Source of the DNA: Pelagomonas calceolata
Lineage: Eukaryota
Direction of reading: 5' to 3'
Assembly (NCBI GenBank): GCA_918797485.1
Contig: CAKKNE010000002.1
Location: 1,984,001-2,048,000 of the forward strand
Length of the DNA stretch: 64,000 bases
Shown here: positions 31,541 through 43,192 of the stretch, in pieces
Layout of the letters: each line of letters begins with the position of its first letter
Numbering within the stretch: the first letter of the stretch is position 1
The notes under the pieces: model-generated
Seen by the model: the letters and a program-made list of their open reading frames with translations, nothing else
Database searches by the model: none
Told to the model about the DNA's origin: nothing
Position numbers and translations under genes: made by a program

Positions 31541-32758
31541 ATGGCTGCCCTCGCGCGCAGAGAGCAATTGGCTGCCCTCGCGCGCAGCGAGCACGAGCGT
31601 GCTGCCAGGAGCCTGCCGGCCGCAGCGCTGCCCCAACGAGCGTTCAGTGAGAACACGACCAAACGCGGTATCGCCGCGTTCGTCCGCACGCGCATCCGCG
31701 AGTTCGAGGCGGCGCGCGAGTGCGTCGTAATTCTGGCCGCGTGTCTCGGCGTCCTCTTCTTCGAGTCGCGGCGATGGCGTTCTGCTCGATGGCGTGGCGA
31801 ATGAGCGGGATCTCACGAAACACACAAGAAAATCACAAAAACAAAAAAAACAGGCCGAGAAGTCGTCGCACACGATGCGCGTCGCGAACGCCGACTCGGA
31901 CTGGGACATCCACTGCTTCTACCTACCGCGCGACCCGGCGGCGGCCTGGTGCGGGGTGAGCGAACGGCATAACTTCGAGAAGCAGGTGTACGGCCCGCGG
32001 CGCACGGGCGCGCCCGCGGACGAGCCCGACGTCGAGCTCGGGTTCCACGACGCGCTGCGCGTGGCGAGGCTGGTCGCGAAGGGCGACCAGATGACGTTGG
32101 AAATCTTGCTGTCGCGCCCCGTGTACGCCATCGCTGAAGAAAACGTCGCGTCGATGGCGTGAAAACACACAGGTCGCCCCTGGCGTACGTCGAGGAGGCG
32201 CCGTGCGTCGCCGAGCTCCGGTACCTCGCGGTGCGGCGCACGTTCGGCTGGCGGGGCGCGGCGGCGGCGTACGCGAAGAGCGCCGGCGGCTTCCTGAACA
32301 GCGCCGCGAAGAGCGCCGAGAAGCTCGGCTTGGCGTCGGGCAAGGCCGGCAAGCAGCTGGGCTACGCGCTCCACCGCACGCTGTCGGCGGAGTGGCTGCT
32401 CCGCGAGCGCGACGTCGTCGGCCTGCCCCAGGGCCTCCCGGAGCTGCTCGACGGCGCGATCAGGGCAAGCGCGTTGCGCGACCTGCCCGCCGTGCCGGCG
32501 CCGCTCGTGGCGCTCGCGCGGCGCCTCGCCGACGGCCTCCGCGGCGACGCGGCCGTGGGGTCGAAGGATGAGTTCGCGGCGCACCTCGCGGCCCTCCGGT
32601 CGCGCCTCGACGTGCTCGTCCCCCTTTCCCGGGACCTCGCGCGCGACGCGCCCGGCCCCGAGGGCGGCGAGAAGTCCGTCGCGCTAGACGTCGTGCGGGA
32701 GCTCGACGCGTGGACGCGCGCGCGCCTCGTCGAGGGCCTTCGTGCTGTCCCTGTGTAA
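31541..32758 (+). CDS. YcgL-like nucleotidyltransferase; introns ~31739-31853 and 32111-32172
   Basis: Spliced ILAAEKSSHTMRVANADSDWDI resembles the GS..DSDxD nucleotidyltransferase motif; EILLSPLAY. The first donor is uncertain. Confidence 0.6.
32111..32172 (+). mobile_element. Introner intron
   Basis: TSD gtcgcgcc / gtcgcccc; ends ccgtgt..acacag; internal acgccatcg..cgatggcgt inverted pair. Confidence 0.8.
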
Positions 32759-33109
32759 GCTTCGGTTTTGACCTCGCGTCGATGGCGTCGGGCGACGCAG
32801 CCATCGTACGCTGTCACGTAGAAACCCAGCAGCTCTGGTCGCAAAACCCGATTTGTCAAGCCAAAAATTCTCGGTGCGGCTGCAAGAGCGGCGGTTACGC
32901 GGCAGAACAAGCAACCCTCACGCCAGTAAACGCAGCGCTCGCCCCACACGCTATCGACGCGGAGCGCCAGCGGCAGAAGTTCCGGCGAGCAGCCAGCGCT
33001 CTCCTTGGGTGCAGCGACCCCAGGAAAGAGCACACCCCGCGTTGGCGGAAGAGCCGCAACGCCACCGCCGCGTGGATAAAAGCACGCTCTGCAGCGGCCA
33101 CGGGAAAAA

Positions 33110-34418
33110 ATGCTGAAGACGCGCATCGAGCACGCCCAGAGCCAGGTGCGGCGGCGGCGGCGGCGCGGCCTGTCGCGCGACTGGCGGAAGTTCGGCGAGA
33201 AGTGGCGCGGCTCCAAGGCCGCGGCGCTCGGCGCGAACCTCGTCGGCGCGATCGGCTGCATTTTGGGGAACAAGCACGTCATGACGCACGGCGCGCGCGC
33301 GCCGCTGTTCCTGACGTTTATGGGGTACTTGCTGATCGTGCTCTATCACCAGCTCCAGCGCACGCGGAATATAGGGATTGCGCCCGTGTTCGACGTGGAG
33401 GGCGCGCAGCTGCCGCCGTATCGACCGCCCACAAAAGTCGTGGTCGCTCTGGTACTGCTGACGGCGACGGCGCCGTCGCTCGCGAACGCGTCGCTCATGT
33501 TCAACAGCGTGGGATTCACGCAGCTGAGCAAGGTGCTGACGACGCCGTCGATCGCCTTCATCGAGCGCGCGCGGGGCCACGGCCACCCGCTCGACGCGCC
33601 CCGTTTGTTGTCCATGGTCTTCATCCACGTCGGCGTCTACGTCGCGTCGGTCGCCGACGTGACGCTGAACCGGACGGGCTGCCTCGTGGCGCTCGCGAAC
33701 GTCTGCGTCACGGCGCGCTACAAGACGGCCTGGTCGTCGGCGTCGCGCGACGCGATTGCGCGGCGGCGCGCGACGCGCGCGGCGCACGAGGCCGCGCAGA
33801 CGCTCGCGCTCGACGAGCGCGCGGCCGTGCGGGAGCTCGTCGAGCACACGCTCCCGTGGGCCGCCGCCGCGCTCATTCCGTTTATCGTATTCTTCGAGGC
33901 GGCCGCGCTGCGGAACATGGTCGCGACGTACGACGCGCTGGCCTACGCGCGGCTCTTCTGCATCGCGGTGCGCGGCCGCGTTCTACGCCATCGCCGCGAC
34001 GCCATCACCGCGATACGCTACGCAGGTGCTCGGCGCGTGGACGTCGGCGACGGGCTACATGGTCATCGGCCGCCTGAGCGCGCTGACGCACCAGGTCCTC
34101 GGCCAGTTCAAGATGGCCTGCCTGCTGCTCGGGTCCTACGTCGTGCTCGGCGCGGACTTGAATCGGCAGCAGCTCGGCGGCGCGTCGCTCACGATGGCCT
34201 CGATCGTGCTCTACACGCGGTGCACGCTCGCGCAGCGGCGGCGCCTCGAGGCGCGGCGCCGCGGCGACGAGCCTTTGGGGCGTTCGCCGTCCGAGGACCC
34301 GCTCCTCTCGCCGGGGCGGCGGCGGAAGGTCGCGAACGGGCACTCGTCGTCGTCGCGGCGGATGCCGGGGGTGCTGAGCGCGTCGCGGTCCTCGAGGGCT
34401 GGGGTGGCGGTGGTGTAG
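33110..34418 (+). CDS. SLC35E3/TPT-family nucleotide-sugar transporter; intron 33968-34025
   Basis: NASLMFNSVGFTQLSKVLTTP and SALTHQVLGQFK; the intron has TSD gtgcgcgg / gtgctcgg. Confidence 0.85.
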
Positions 34419-34844
34419 TAGGGATGTTTAGTGGTTTATCTATCTCGTACGGCGGCGTCGCGCCGCGAGGACTTGGGGGTAAAACAGGTTTTCAATCGCG
34501 ATACGCGAGTTGCGTGGCGAGCTCGGTACGGCCGCGTAAGAGCCCAAAAGGAGGCGCCGCGCGCAACGCTCTCGCACAAAGCGATGGCCGAGCGGCCCAT
34601 CGCCGGCCCCTGGACCAAAGCTGGCGAGCGACCATAACGCGGCCGACGCGGCAACGCTGGGAAGTGGGCGCCAGCGCCGCTCGAGGCTGCTGGTGGCGCG
34701 CCGCCGCCAAAAAAAGACCTTCGAAGACGCGTGTGTGGAGGAAGACATAACAAGCACCGCCCCAAGCGGACGAAGAAATGAGCCGGTCTACAGCTTGCGG
34801 CGGCGGTGAGAAACTGGAGCGGCGGCTAGCAATACATGTACATA

Positions 34845-36368
34845 TTATTCGCGCCGGAGGAGCGCTACAATCGCCAGAGCGATAGCGAGCGGCGCGACGA
34901 ATGATTGCGTCGTCGCTGTTGCGCTGTCCACGGCCGTGCCGTGACTGCTGTCCGCCGTCGCGAGTTCCCACGCGAACCCGTCGCCCGGTACCGCCTGCAG
35001 GAGTGGGTCCCAGTAGAAGGAACCACATGACTCCGGTGCGTCTGAGGCGTTCGCTGTGATGCTGAAAACGGAGCCGTGCGGTCGGTACGAAATCCCGCCC
35101 TCGACACACCGCCCGCCGGCTCCTAGATAATTGACGCCCACGCCGGTAAAGTACGGCGTCGGGTTCGCGGCGTCCGTACTCAATTCGTCGAGCGCGTACT
35201 CCCGGTACACGTCGTCGTAGAACTTCACGGAGGCCGCCACGCTCTCGCCGGTGGCTTTGCACACGAACGTCGAGGCGAAGCGCAGGAGTTCCTTGTATCC
35301 GTCGGAGTCGCACGTCGACAGGAACGACGCCTCCTTGAGCGCCCGGCGCTTCACGACGACCACGACCTCCTCGCCCGTATACCAGACGTGTATGGCGTTT
35401 CGTAGACCCGCCTCCGTCTCGCAGGTCGTCGCGTCGATGGGGACGGTGAGCTCCAGGTCGATGCCTCCACCGGCCTTCGGCTCGATCTCCCACACAACCT
35501 CCGTATCACACCCGTTCTCGCCCGTGAAGGTTTTGGCGTACTGGAGGCCCTCGTTCCGGCCGTCCTGCTTGGCAAGCTCGCGGTCGGCATCGCTCTTGAA
35601 GATATACGACCGCGTCGTGGCCGGGCCCCTCGTCTTCTCAATCAGGACGCCACCGTCGTAAAAGGCTCGTTCATACGTGACCTCGCCGTTGTTGTACTCG
35701 GAATCGTCGCAGACCGTACCTTCGACGCCGTAGGGGAGCGAGTGCCTAAACGATTCCCCGGCGGCCCAGCTCTCGTGGTTGAGGTGCGGATCGACATGGT
35801 TTACGTTTCCCATGTCCATCAGCAACCCGGGCCAGTGGTTAAGGCTCTGTCCGGTGTGGGGCAGCGTCGTGAGCCCCGCCGGCGGGTCCGGGTACTCGCA
35901 CGACTCGTTCGAGGGCTCGGCGCAGTCCGTGAGGCGCCTATCTTCGTGGGTGGAGTTGGTAGAGTTGGTAGAGTTGCGAAGGTCCACCGGTTGTAGCGGC
36001 CCAGGCGGAGGCCCGACTTGCTCCTCGAGAAACTTGCACGGTTTCTGAGAATGAAATTCGCTGGTTGCGCCTATCATCGTGTATTGCGCGACGGGGTCGA
36101 GCGCGAGCGTGGACCCCTGGCCGTCGGGGCCTTTGGTGGCGCAGGCGAACGAGTACTTCGGCGAGTAAGCGCCGACGACGTCACAATCGTTGCCGTCGCA
36201 GACGTACGACTGCGAGAACATGGTGATGGCCCGCTCGCCGGCGGCGAAGCCGTCGGTCCATTTCTGCCATTTATCTACGCACTTTGGGGCGCCGGCCGGG
36301 CCATTCCACTGCTCCTTTGGTTCGGCCGATGCGACAGCCAGGAGTGCGAGGAGCCGAGGCCCCAGCAT
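34845..36368 (-). CDS. Secreted Cys-containing protein with hydrophobic C-terminus (possible GPI/TM anchor)
   Basis: Signal peptide MLGPRLLALLAVASA, S/T-rich stretch and hydrophobic tail. Confidence 0.75.
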   Translation of the reverse strand: MLGPRLLALLAVASAEPKEQWNGPAGAPKCVDKWQKWTDGFAAGERAITMFSQSYVCDGNDCDVVGAYSPKYSFACATKGPDGQGSTLALDPVAQYTMIGATSEFHSQKPCKFLEEQVGPPPGPLQPVDLRNSTNSTNSTHEDRRLTDCAEPSNESCEYPDPPAGLTTLPHTGQSLNHWPGLLMDMGNVNHVDPHLNHESWAAGESFRHSLPYGVEGTVCDDSEYNNGEVTYERAFYDGGVLIEKTRGPATTRSYIFKSDADRELAKQDGRNEGLQYAKTFTGENGCDTEVVWEIEPKAGGGIDLELTVPIDATTCETEAGLRNAIHVWYTGEEVVVVVKRRALKEASFLSTCDSDGYKELLRFASTFVCKATGESVAASVKFYDDVYREYALDELSTDAANPTPYFTGVGVNYLGAGGRCVEGGISYRPHGSVFSITANASDAPESCGSFYWDPLLQAVPGDGFAWELATADSSHGTAVDSATATTQSFVAPLAIALAIVALLRRE

Positions 36369-36836
36369 TTGTTTCGATTCGTGTGTCGCTGCCCCAATCG
36401 CAGTCCTGCGGCCGCACGCAAGAGGACAAAAATTGAGATGGGCAGTGGGGCCAGAGGCTGTGATCCTAGTGTCTTGCGTCGGAGTGCTGAGGACTAGCTA
36501 GCCGGGTTAGAAGTTTTATAAAAGAGTGCTGAGGACTAGCTGGCCACCTTACGCCATCGACGCGAAGCAACATACTAGAAACGTTCGGCAGCCGCCCGGC
36601 GCCACGATCGACGAGGAAGACGCACTGCGACCACCCGCACGCCATCGACGCGGCGTCGTCCTGGTCGAGACCCGCCACACCCGACAGCCGACCACGGAGA
36701 GCGGCCGAGTTGCAATAGCTTCCGAAGCTCCCCTAGTCAAGGCGGTTTGGGTTCGGCAAGAGGGCAGCTGCGTGGTCCGGTCGCGATGCGTGAGTCCAAA
36801 AATGCAAAAAAAGAAGGAGCACGACGTGTGCTAATA

Positions 36837-36937
36837 TGCGAATTACCCGGATCGAACGGGTGACCTACAGATCTTCAGTCTGGCGCTCTCCCAACTGAGC
36901 TATCGATACCCAAGTGGAATACAGGGGTCAAATCCGC
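36837..36937 (-). tRNA. tRNA-Phe(GAA) with a 28-nt non-canonical intron (36902-36929, position 8/9)
   Basis: The spliced product GCGGATTT|AGCTCAGTTGGGAGAGCGCCAGACTGAAGATCTG..GTTCGATCC..AATTCGCA is a 73-nt typical Phe tRNA; a T-run follows downstream. Confidence 0.92.
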
Positions 36938-37169
36938 GAGCGTTGAGTGATCACCATTTGTGAGCTCCTGACTGGAGAAATGAATTCGCCAGCGAAACCC
37001 CGATCTGAAATGCGTTGCCGAAAAACCCGGTTCCATCCGGGGCCGCAAACGACTCTCAAAAATCAAACAAACGAGGGCCTCGCGAACGCGGCCGACGCGG
37101 CAACGCTGGGAAGTGGGCGCCAGCGCCGCTCGAGGCTGCCGGTGGCGCGCCGCCGCCCGGGAAGCAGCC

Positions 37170-40100
37170 ATGGGCCGCAAAACCCCAGAACCCGTAAAAC
37201 AGCCGAAGCCGAAAAAAACGCCGGACGACAAGCGGCTCATCTCCTTCCGCATCGCCCACGCCGTGGCGGACCCGGACGCGCGGCCCCCGCCGCGGTCGCC
37301 CCAGGCCGCGTCGCCCAAGACGCGGCGGTCGCCGTCCGCGTCGCCCGCGCGGCTGCCCATCTCGGCCTCGTCTGAGTCCAAGGCGGCGCGCCGCGGCGCC
37401 GTGCCGCGGTCGCCGCCTCCTTTGCCGCCCGTGCGTTTTTCCGCGTCCTTCCACGCCTTCGGAGTCCCCACGTCGCGAGGACGATACTTTCTGTCCAAGA
37501 TCTGAGAGAGAAAGAAGACAGAAGCGCAGCGTCGATGGCGTGGAGGTGGACGTACAAAGTCATCCGTGGCGTCGATGGCGTTGGAGAGAGACGGAGCCAA
37601 GACGCGTAGACCTACGATGGCGCGAAAAGTACACGAGGACGTGGAGAGAGACAGAGAGAAGCTACGCGTCGATGGCGTTGGACAGACACGGAGACAAGAC
37701 GCGAGAGACACACGTAGAGACAAAGACAAAAAACAAACACAGGTCACGGCCCTCAGCCAAGTAGTCGCCTTCGAGGTCGACGCATCGGGCAGCGACGCCG
37801 CGCCGCCTAGAAGAAGGCGCTCCGCCTCCACCACTTCCGCGGCGTCGTCGACGGGCATCCCGCCGTCGAATTCCCAGACGTCGCTCGCGTCGTCGGCGTC
37901 GTCGACGCCCGGCAAAAAACCCTTAGCGGACGGCGGCCGCGCGTCGCCGCGGACGATCGCCGCGCGCAACGCCGCGACGCAGTCGACGCCCCAGGACGAC
38001 AAGGAGAACCCCGTCCGCGTCGTCGAGAAGCGCCTCGAGGCCGAGCGCCGCCTCACGGAAGCGTTACGAAGGGAGGTCGCCCTCCTCAAGGAGCAGGAGC
38101 GCGACGCGCGGCGCGACGCCGACGCCTGGCGCAAGGAAGCCGAGAAACTGCGGGACGAGGCCGCGCGGCACGCGGCTTCCGCGGCGGACGCGAGCCAAGG
38201 CTTAGAACGCGAGGCGGAGATGGCCTGGCGCGAGGCCGAGACCTGGGTCGAGCGCGAGGAGGCCCTGGAACGGCGCGAGGCCTACGCGCACGAGAGCGCG
38301 CTCGGCGACGCTGAACAAATCGCCGCGCCGTCGCCGCGGTCCTGGCCCTCGTCGGCGTCGTCGTCGAAAGGCCGGCGCCGGACGCACTTCGCGCCGGCGA
38401 GCCCGCCGCGCGGCCGCGACGATGATGATGATGACGAATCCTGGGCCGTGGCCTTACATCGCAACGCGGGCAAGGCCGAGGAGCCGCCAAAACAAAAGAA
38501 GAAGCCCATGTCGCTGCACGAGAAGCTCTCGAGCCCGCGCGTTTTGCGGCGTCCTTTGCTGATCGCGTCGACGGCGTGGGGAGAGACACGGCGTCGACGG
38601 CGAAAAAACAATACTAAACGCAGGCACCGCCAGCCGCCGTCGCCCGCGGAACAGAAGCGCAAGCAGGAAGCCAGACAAGAAAGCGCCCGCCGGAACCGCG
38701 GCCGCCTCGAGCGCGAGCAGGCCGCGAGATTGAGAGAAGCGGCGGATAGAGTGAGGGACGTCCGCGCCACCAAAAACCTCTCGAAATTTGAACGAGAAGC
38801 CGCGGCAGCCAAGCGCCACGGCGAGGCCGCTAGAAGACACGCGGCGCACCTCGAAGAGGTTCGGAGGCGCGCCACGAAGGAGTCGGACAAGGTCGGCGAG
38901 GCGGCGTTCGTCCACGAGCTCGGGCTGCGGGGCCACGCGGCAGACCTCAAAAGGCGATTGGAGGCCATGGAGGCGAGGATCGACGAAGCGCGCGACCGGC
39001 GGCGCGACTTACTCGCGGACAAAGAGTCGAAAAGACGCGATAGAGAGCGGGCGCACCGCGAGCACGTGGGCACGCAGCGCATCGAACGGGCCGAGCTGGC
39101 AGCCGCGCGCTGGGACAAGCTCCAGTCGCGGTTGGAAGCGGTGGAAAGGAGACGCGCGGCGCGCATGGACGCGTTGGGCGACGCGGCGCGGCGCCGCGAC
39201 CAGCGCGCCGCGGCGGCGGCGTCGCGCGTGGCGGCGGCGGCCGCGCGGCCCAAGGCCGGGCCGCCTCCATTGGCACGCGCGGCCGAGGCCGCGGCCGCCG
39301 CCGACGCCGCCGACGCGGCCGCGGCGGCCAAGGCCGCGCTGGCCCGCGACGAGCCGCCGCCGCCGCCGCCCGTCGTCGTGGCGCCGAAGCCCGCGGCCGC
39401 GGCGCCGCCGCCGCAGCAGCCGCCGAAGCGCCGCCGCCGCCGGCGCACGCGGAGCGGCGGCGCCGAGATGGCCAAGCCGCTGGACGCGGGCCCGGGCGCG
39501 GCCGCTGCCGCCGCGGCGCGCCTGCTGGCGGACGCCTGGGCCGGCGACCGCGACCACGACGGCGACGGTAGTCCAGAAGCGATCTTCGCGAAGCGCGTCG
39601 CCGCGGCGGCGAACGCGGCGAACGGCGGCAAGCCCCTCGATGCGGATTTCAAAGACCGCGTCGCGGGCGCCGCGAACGACGCCGCGGCCTGGGCCCTCGC
39701 CAAGTACGTGCGCGAGGACGCGTCCCCGTCATCAAAAGAGTGCTGCCTGCCGGCCTGCGTCTGCCTCGCGGCCGCTTTAGGTGACGACCCTTCAAGATTA
39801 TCGGCGTTGGACGATGCCGTCCTGGACTTAGCAAGAGACGTCTGCCTCAAGTCGGCCTGCAAGCAGCACAACGACGTCGCGACGGCGGCGCTGGCTTGCG
39901 TGGCCGCCGCGTGCACGGCGGGGCCCGCGCCGGGTTTTGTCGAGCGGGGCGCGGGCGGCGCCGTCGTCGCGTCCTTGGTCGAGGCGTGCCTCGCGCCGGA
40001 CGGCTCTCTCCTAACACCGTCGGCGGCGGCCGTGGCCGGCGAAGGTTTGAAAGCCCTGAACGCGATGGCGAGGACGGATCGCGAGGCGGTCTGCGAGGCG

Positions 40101-40568
40101 GTCTTCGCGGCGCAGGAACTGAGACCCCAGTTATTGCACCTCTGCGACGTGCTCTTCTCATGTTTACACGTGGGCGGGCCCTTCCAGCGGACGGCGTCGG
40201 ATGGTTTAGATGCCTTGGTCGAGTTGGTGGGTCATCTCGCAAGGCACGACCAGGAGTGCCTGCTCTGGGCGTCTCCATCCAGACCGGCGCTCATGGAGCG
40301 GTTGGTCAAATTGCCGATCCGCTACTTTTCTTCATCTTCTGGAATGAACGCGCTCTTCCCGACGCTGGCCGCGGCGTGCGTGGGCAACGACCGCGTCTCG
40401 GCCAAGGCCGCGGAAGATGTCGGTTTAGGTGCGGTCGCGGACTACGTCCGCGGCGCGTCCTCAAATAAGACGGCGGCGGAGGCGCTGCGCGGCCGCCTGC
40501 CCGAGGCGGAGTGGGCCGCGGCGGCTGCTTATCTGGATAGGGTCGGCGACGCGGGGTCGCTAGACTAA
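37170..40568 (+). CDS. SCAPER: SCAPER-like protein; introns 37431-37742 and probably 38537-38623
   Basis: SLHEKLSSP, a long E/R coiled coil and C-terminal LVKLPIRYFS..LFPTLAAAC..N, as in SCAPER. Confidence 0.75.
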
Positions 40569-40594
40569 AAGTTTTGAAAAGCAAACATTTACTA

Positions 40595-41581
40595 CTACGG
40601 AGTTCCGGGCTCGAGGTCCGAGTCAGACTCGTCTGAGCCCGAGTCTGATTCCGAGTCCAAGCCGGATGACTCGGAGGAGGACGATGACTCCGCCGGCGCG
40701 GCCGTCGCCACGACTCGGTCGGGTGCGAGGAGATTGACCAGGACGTCGATCTGGGCAGCGAAGGGCCCGCCGCGCCGCGCGAGGCCCTGGTCCCGCAGCC
40801 CCTGGACGATGCAGGCCACAGGGTCGGGGACGTCGTAGACCCCGTCGTGGCCGACCTCCGCGACGAGGTCGCGGCAGGCCTCCCAAGCGTCCGCGCCGCA
40901 CTCAAGCAGGTAAATAGCCACCGCCGCGCACACCTCTTCCGCCCATCGCTGCCCGAAAATGGGCCCAAGAGATAGCCCGCCGAACGGGTCAAGCATGAGC
41001 GACGCCAACGCCCACGCCAGCGGCGTATGCCGCGGCTGATATGACGGCCCCGCGCCGATATTCTTGACTTTGGCGTGGATATCGGCGCCCCCCGCGACGA
41101 GCGCTCGCGCGACCGCGAGGCCGTTGTCGTGGCCGAAGCGCGCGGCCCAATGCAATGGCGTCGCCATCCAATGCCCATTTGAACCCGCCACGACGGCGCG
41201 TACGCGCTCGTTGGGACTCGCGCCGTAGGCGAGGAGCCGTTCGACGAGCTCCGTCGTGCATCCGCCCATGTGCGGCGCATACTGCACGCTCGTGGCCAGG
41301 TGACGGCCCGCCGCTCGCCGCGTCTGCCAGTTCACGTCTGGTGCCAGTACTGCGTCGAGCAGCTGCGCGGCCTCGCGCACGGTCAGGCCCGGCCGCCCGC
41401 CGAAGCGCGCCCGCTCGAAGTCGTCGACGCCTCTCCGCAGCGCCAGCCGCTGGTCGGCCGCGCCGCGGCTCGCGCAGGCCACGACGACCGCGGACGCCCC
41501 GGAACATGTAGCGATGCGGCGCAAGACGTCGTCCGGGAGAGCGGTGAAGACCAGCGTCGGTGGCGGCTCGTCTTCTGCCAT
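40595..41581 (-). CDS. F-box-like plus ankyrin-repeat protein
   Basis: FTALPDDVLRRI; TPLHWAA..LVAGGAD; HTPLAWA. Confidence 0.7.
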   Translation of the reverse strand: MAEDEPPPTLVFTALPDDVLRRIATCSGASAVVVACASRGAADQRLALRRGVDDFERARFGGRPGLTVREAAQLLDAVLAPDVNWQTRRAAGRHLATSVQYAPHMGGCTTELVERLLAYGASPNERVRAVVAGSNGHWMATPLHWAARFGHDNGLAVARALVAGGADIHAKVKNIGAGPSYQPRHTPLAWALASLMLDPFGGLSLGPIFGQRWAEEVCAAVAIYLLECGADAWEACRDLVAEVGHDGVYDVPDPVACIVQGLRDQGLARRGGPFAAQIDVLVNLLAPDRVVATAAPAESSSSSESSGLDSESDSGSDESDSDLEPGTP

Positions 41582-41585
41582 GCCG

Positions 41586-41837
41586 TCACCGCTGCGCCGG
41601 CGCGCCGTAGCCCTTGGCCTTGAGCGTGCGGTACTTCTTGAGCTGGATCAGCGCGCGCATCTCGCGCAGCATGTAGCGCCCGTAGCCGACGGCCTTGCGG
41701 ATGTCCGCTTCGGTCCGCAGGTCCGCGCGCTCGCGGAACTCGCGCTTGGCGCGGTCGCGCACGGCGTCGAGGCCCGCGGGGTAGGCGCGGCCGACGACGA
41801 GGATTTGCTTGTAGAGGTCTCGGACCACCGGGCGCAT
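41586..41837 (-). CDS. LYRM5: LYR-motif protein (LYRM5/ETFRF1-like)
   Basis: RDLYKQILVVGRAYP..LKKYRTLK. Confidence 0.8.
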   Translation of the reverse strand: MRPVVRDLYKQILVVGRAYPAGLDAVRDRAKREFRERADLRTEADIRKAVGYGRYMLREMRALIQLKKYRTLKAKGYGAPAQR

Positions 41838-42184
41838 GCGCTCTCTATGCAGAGGCTCGAGTGGTGTGATTGGTGATCGATGCGGGTGCTTGCCGCTCAC
41901 AGAGGTGTGTATCACCGCTGTTCGCAGCGTTTTTTGCGCCTGTACTGCTTGTTGCTAGTGTCTTACGTGCCGCTAGCTGCCTGTGTCGACGGCGCGCGCT
42001 CCCCCACTGCTTTGTAGGCGTTCTGCGAGCTGCCAGCTGTTGCCGTGAACGGCCGCAACCAGCGAACGGCTGCCAGCGCTACGCCAGCGCCGAGGTGCTC
42101 TCCAAAGCTTCAAAAAGCCAGGCAGTCGACCGCCGCGCCGTCGCCGCGCGCGCGACAGATCAAGAGATAGTTAAAAAAGCAGCC

Positions 42185-43192
42185 ATGCTCGCCGACGCCT
42201 ACGACTGTGTGGTATTCGACTGCGACGGCGTGCTGTGGTCCGGCGGCGAGACCGTCGCGCAAGCCAAGGCGACGCTCGACGCCTTGAAGGCGCAAAACAA
42301 GAAGGTCTACTTCATGTCGAACAACTCCTCGCGGGGCCCGGACGTCTTCCGCCAAGTCTTTGAATCGCACGGGTTAGGAGAACACGTAAAAGACGAGCGC
42401 TTCATGTGGAACAGCGTGACGGCCGCGCAGCGCTGGTTCAAGGGGCGCAAGACGAAGAAGGCCTATGTGGTCGGCTGCGCGGCGCTCAAGGACGCAATCA
42501 GAGGTGCTGGTGTGACTGTGGTCGAACCTTGGAAACAGATGGGCGCGACACCAGAAAAACTTGCGGAGGAGGCGATCGATCCGGCGATAGACGCCGTCGT
42601 TTTAGCTTTCGACAAGGACTACGGGTACTTTGAGATCTGCTACGCGACCCGGTGTTTGCTGGAGAACAACGCAGAATTGGTGGCGACCAATAGAGACTTC
42701 CAGTTCCCGGCGCAGAAGAATAGAAAACTACCGGGCAACGGCGCCTTCGTCGCGGCGGTCTGCGCCGCGTCGCGCCGGGAGCCGGACGTCGTCGTGGGCA
42801 AGCCTAGTCGCTTTGCATTGGACGCGATCGTCGCGGACGCCGGGGTTTCGGCACGAAGGACGCTGATGGTCGGCGACATGTGGTCCGACGTGGAATTCGC
42901 GCACAACGCCGGCTGCGACGCTTTACTTGTGTTGTCGGGCGTCGCGTCCCTCGATGACGCGCGGCGGTGGTCTGGTATCACGCGGCCGGACTTCGTCGCT
43001 CCCGATTTGACGGCGCTGCTCCGGCCCGTTGAGCGGTTCCCACCGGCGCCGTCGTCGTCATCGCGGCGGTGGCTTTTGCCTTCTATCGTCGCGGCGGCGG
43101 CGGTCGCCTTTCTTGTTTCGCGGCGGCGGGGGGGCGCGCCCCCGGACCGGTCCGACCTCGACGACGCGACGCGCTGGCTGACGGCGAAGTAA
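42185..43192 (+). CDS. HAD IIA phosphatase (phosphoglycolate/pNPP-type)
   Basis: FDCDGVLW, SNNS, VGKP and MVGDMWSD. Confidence 0.9.
   Translation: MLADAYDCVVFDCDGVLWSGGETVAQAKATLDALKAQNKKVYFMSNNSSRGPDVFRQVFESHGLGEHVKDERFMWNSVTAAQRWFKGRKTKKAYVVGCAALKDAIRGAGVTVVEPWKQMGATPEKLAEEAIDPAIDAVVLAFDKDYGYFEICYATRCLLENNAELVATNRDFQFPAQKNRKLPGNGAFVAAVCAASRREPDVVVGKPSRFALDAIVADAGVSARRTLMVGDMWSDVEFAHNAGCDALLVLSGVASLDDARRWSGITRPDFVAPDLTALLRPVERFPPAPSSSSRRWLLPSIVAAAAVAFLVSRRRGGAPPDRSDLDDATRWLTAK

Larger units (their letters stand above)
34636..37157 (+). repeat. 73-bp direct repeat pair (34636-34708 and 37085-37157)
   Basis: One mismatch between the copies. Confidence 0.85.
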
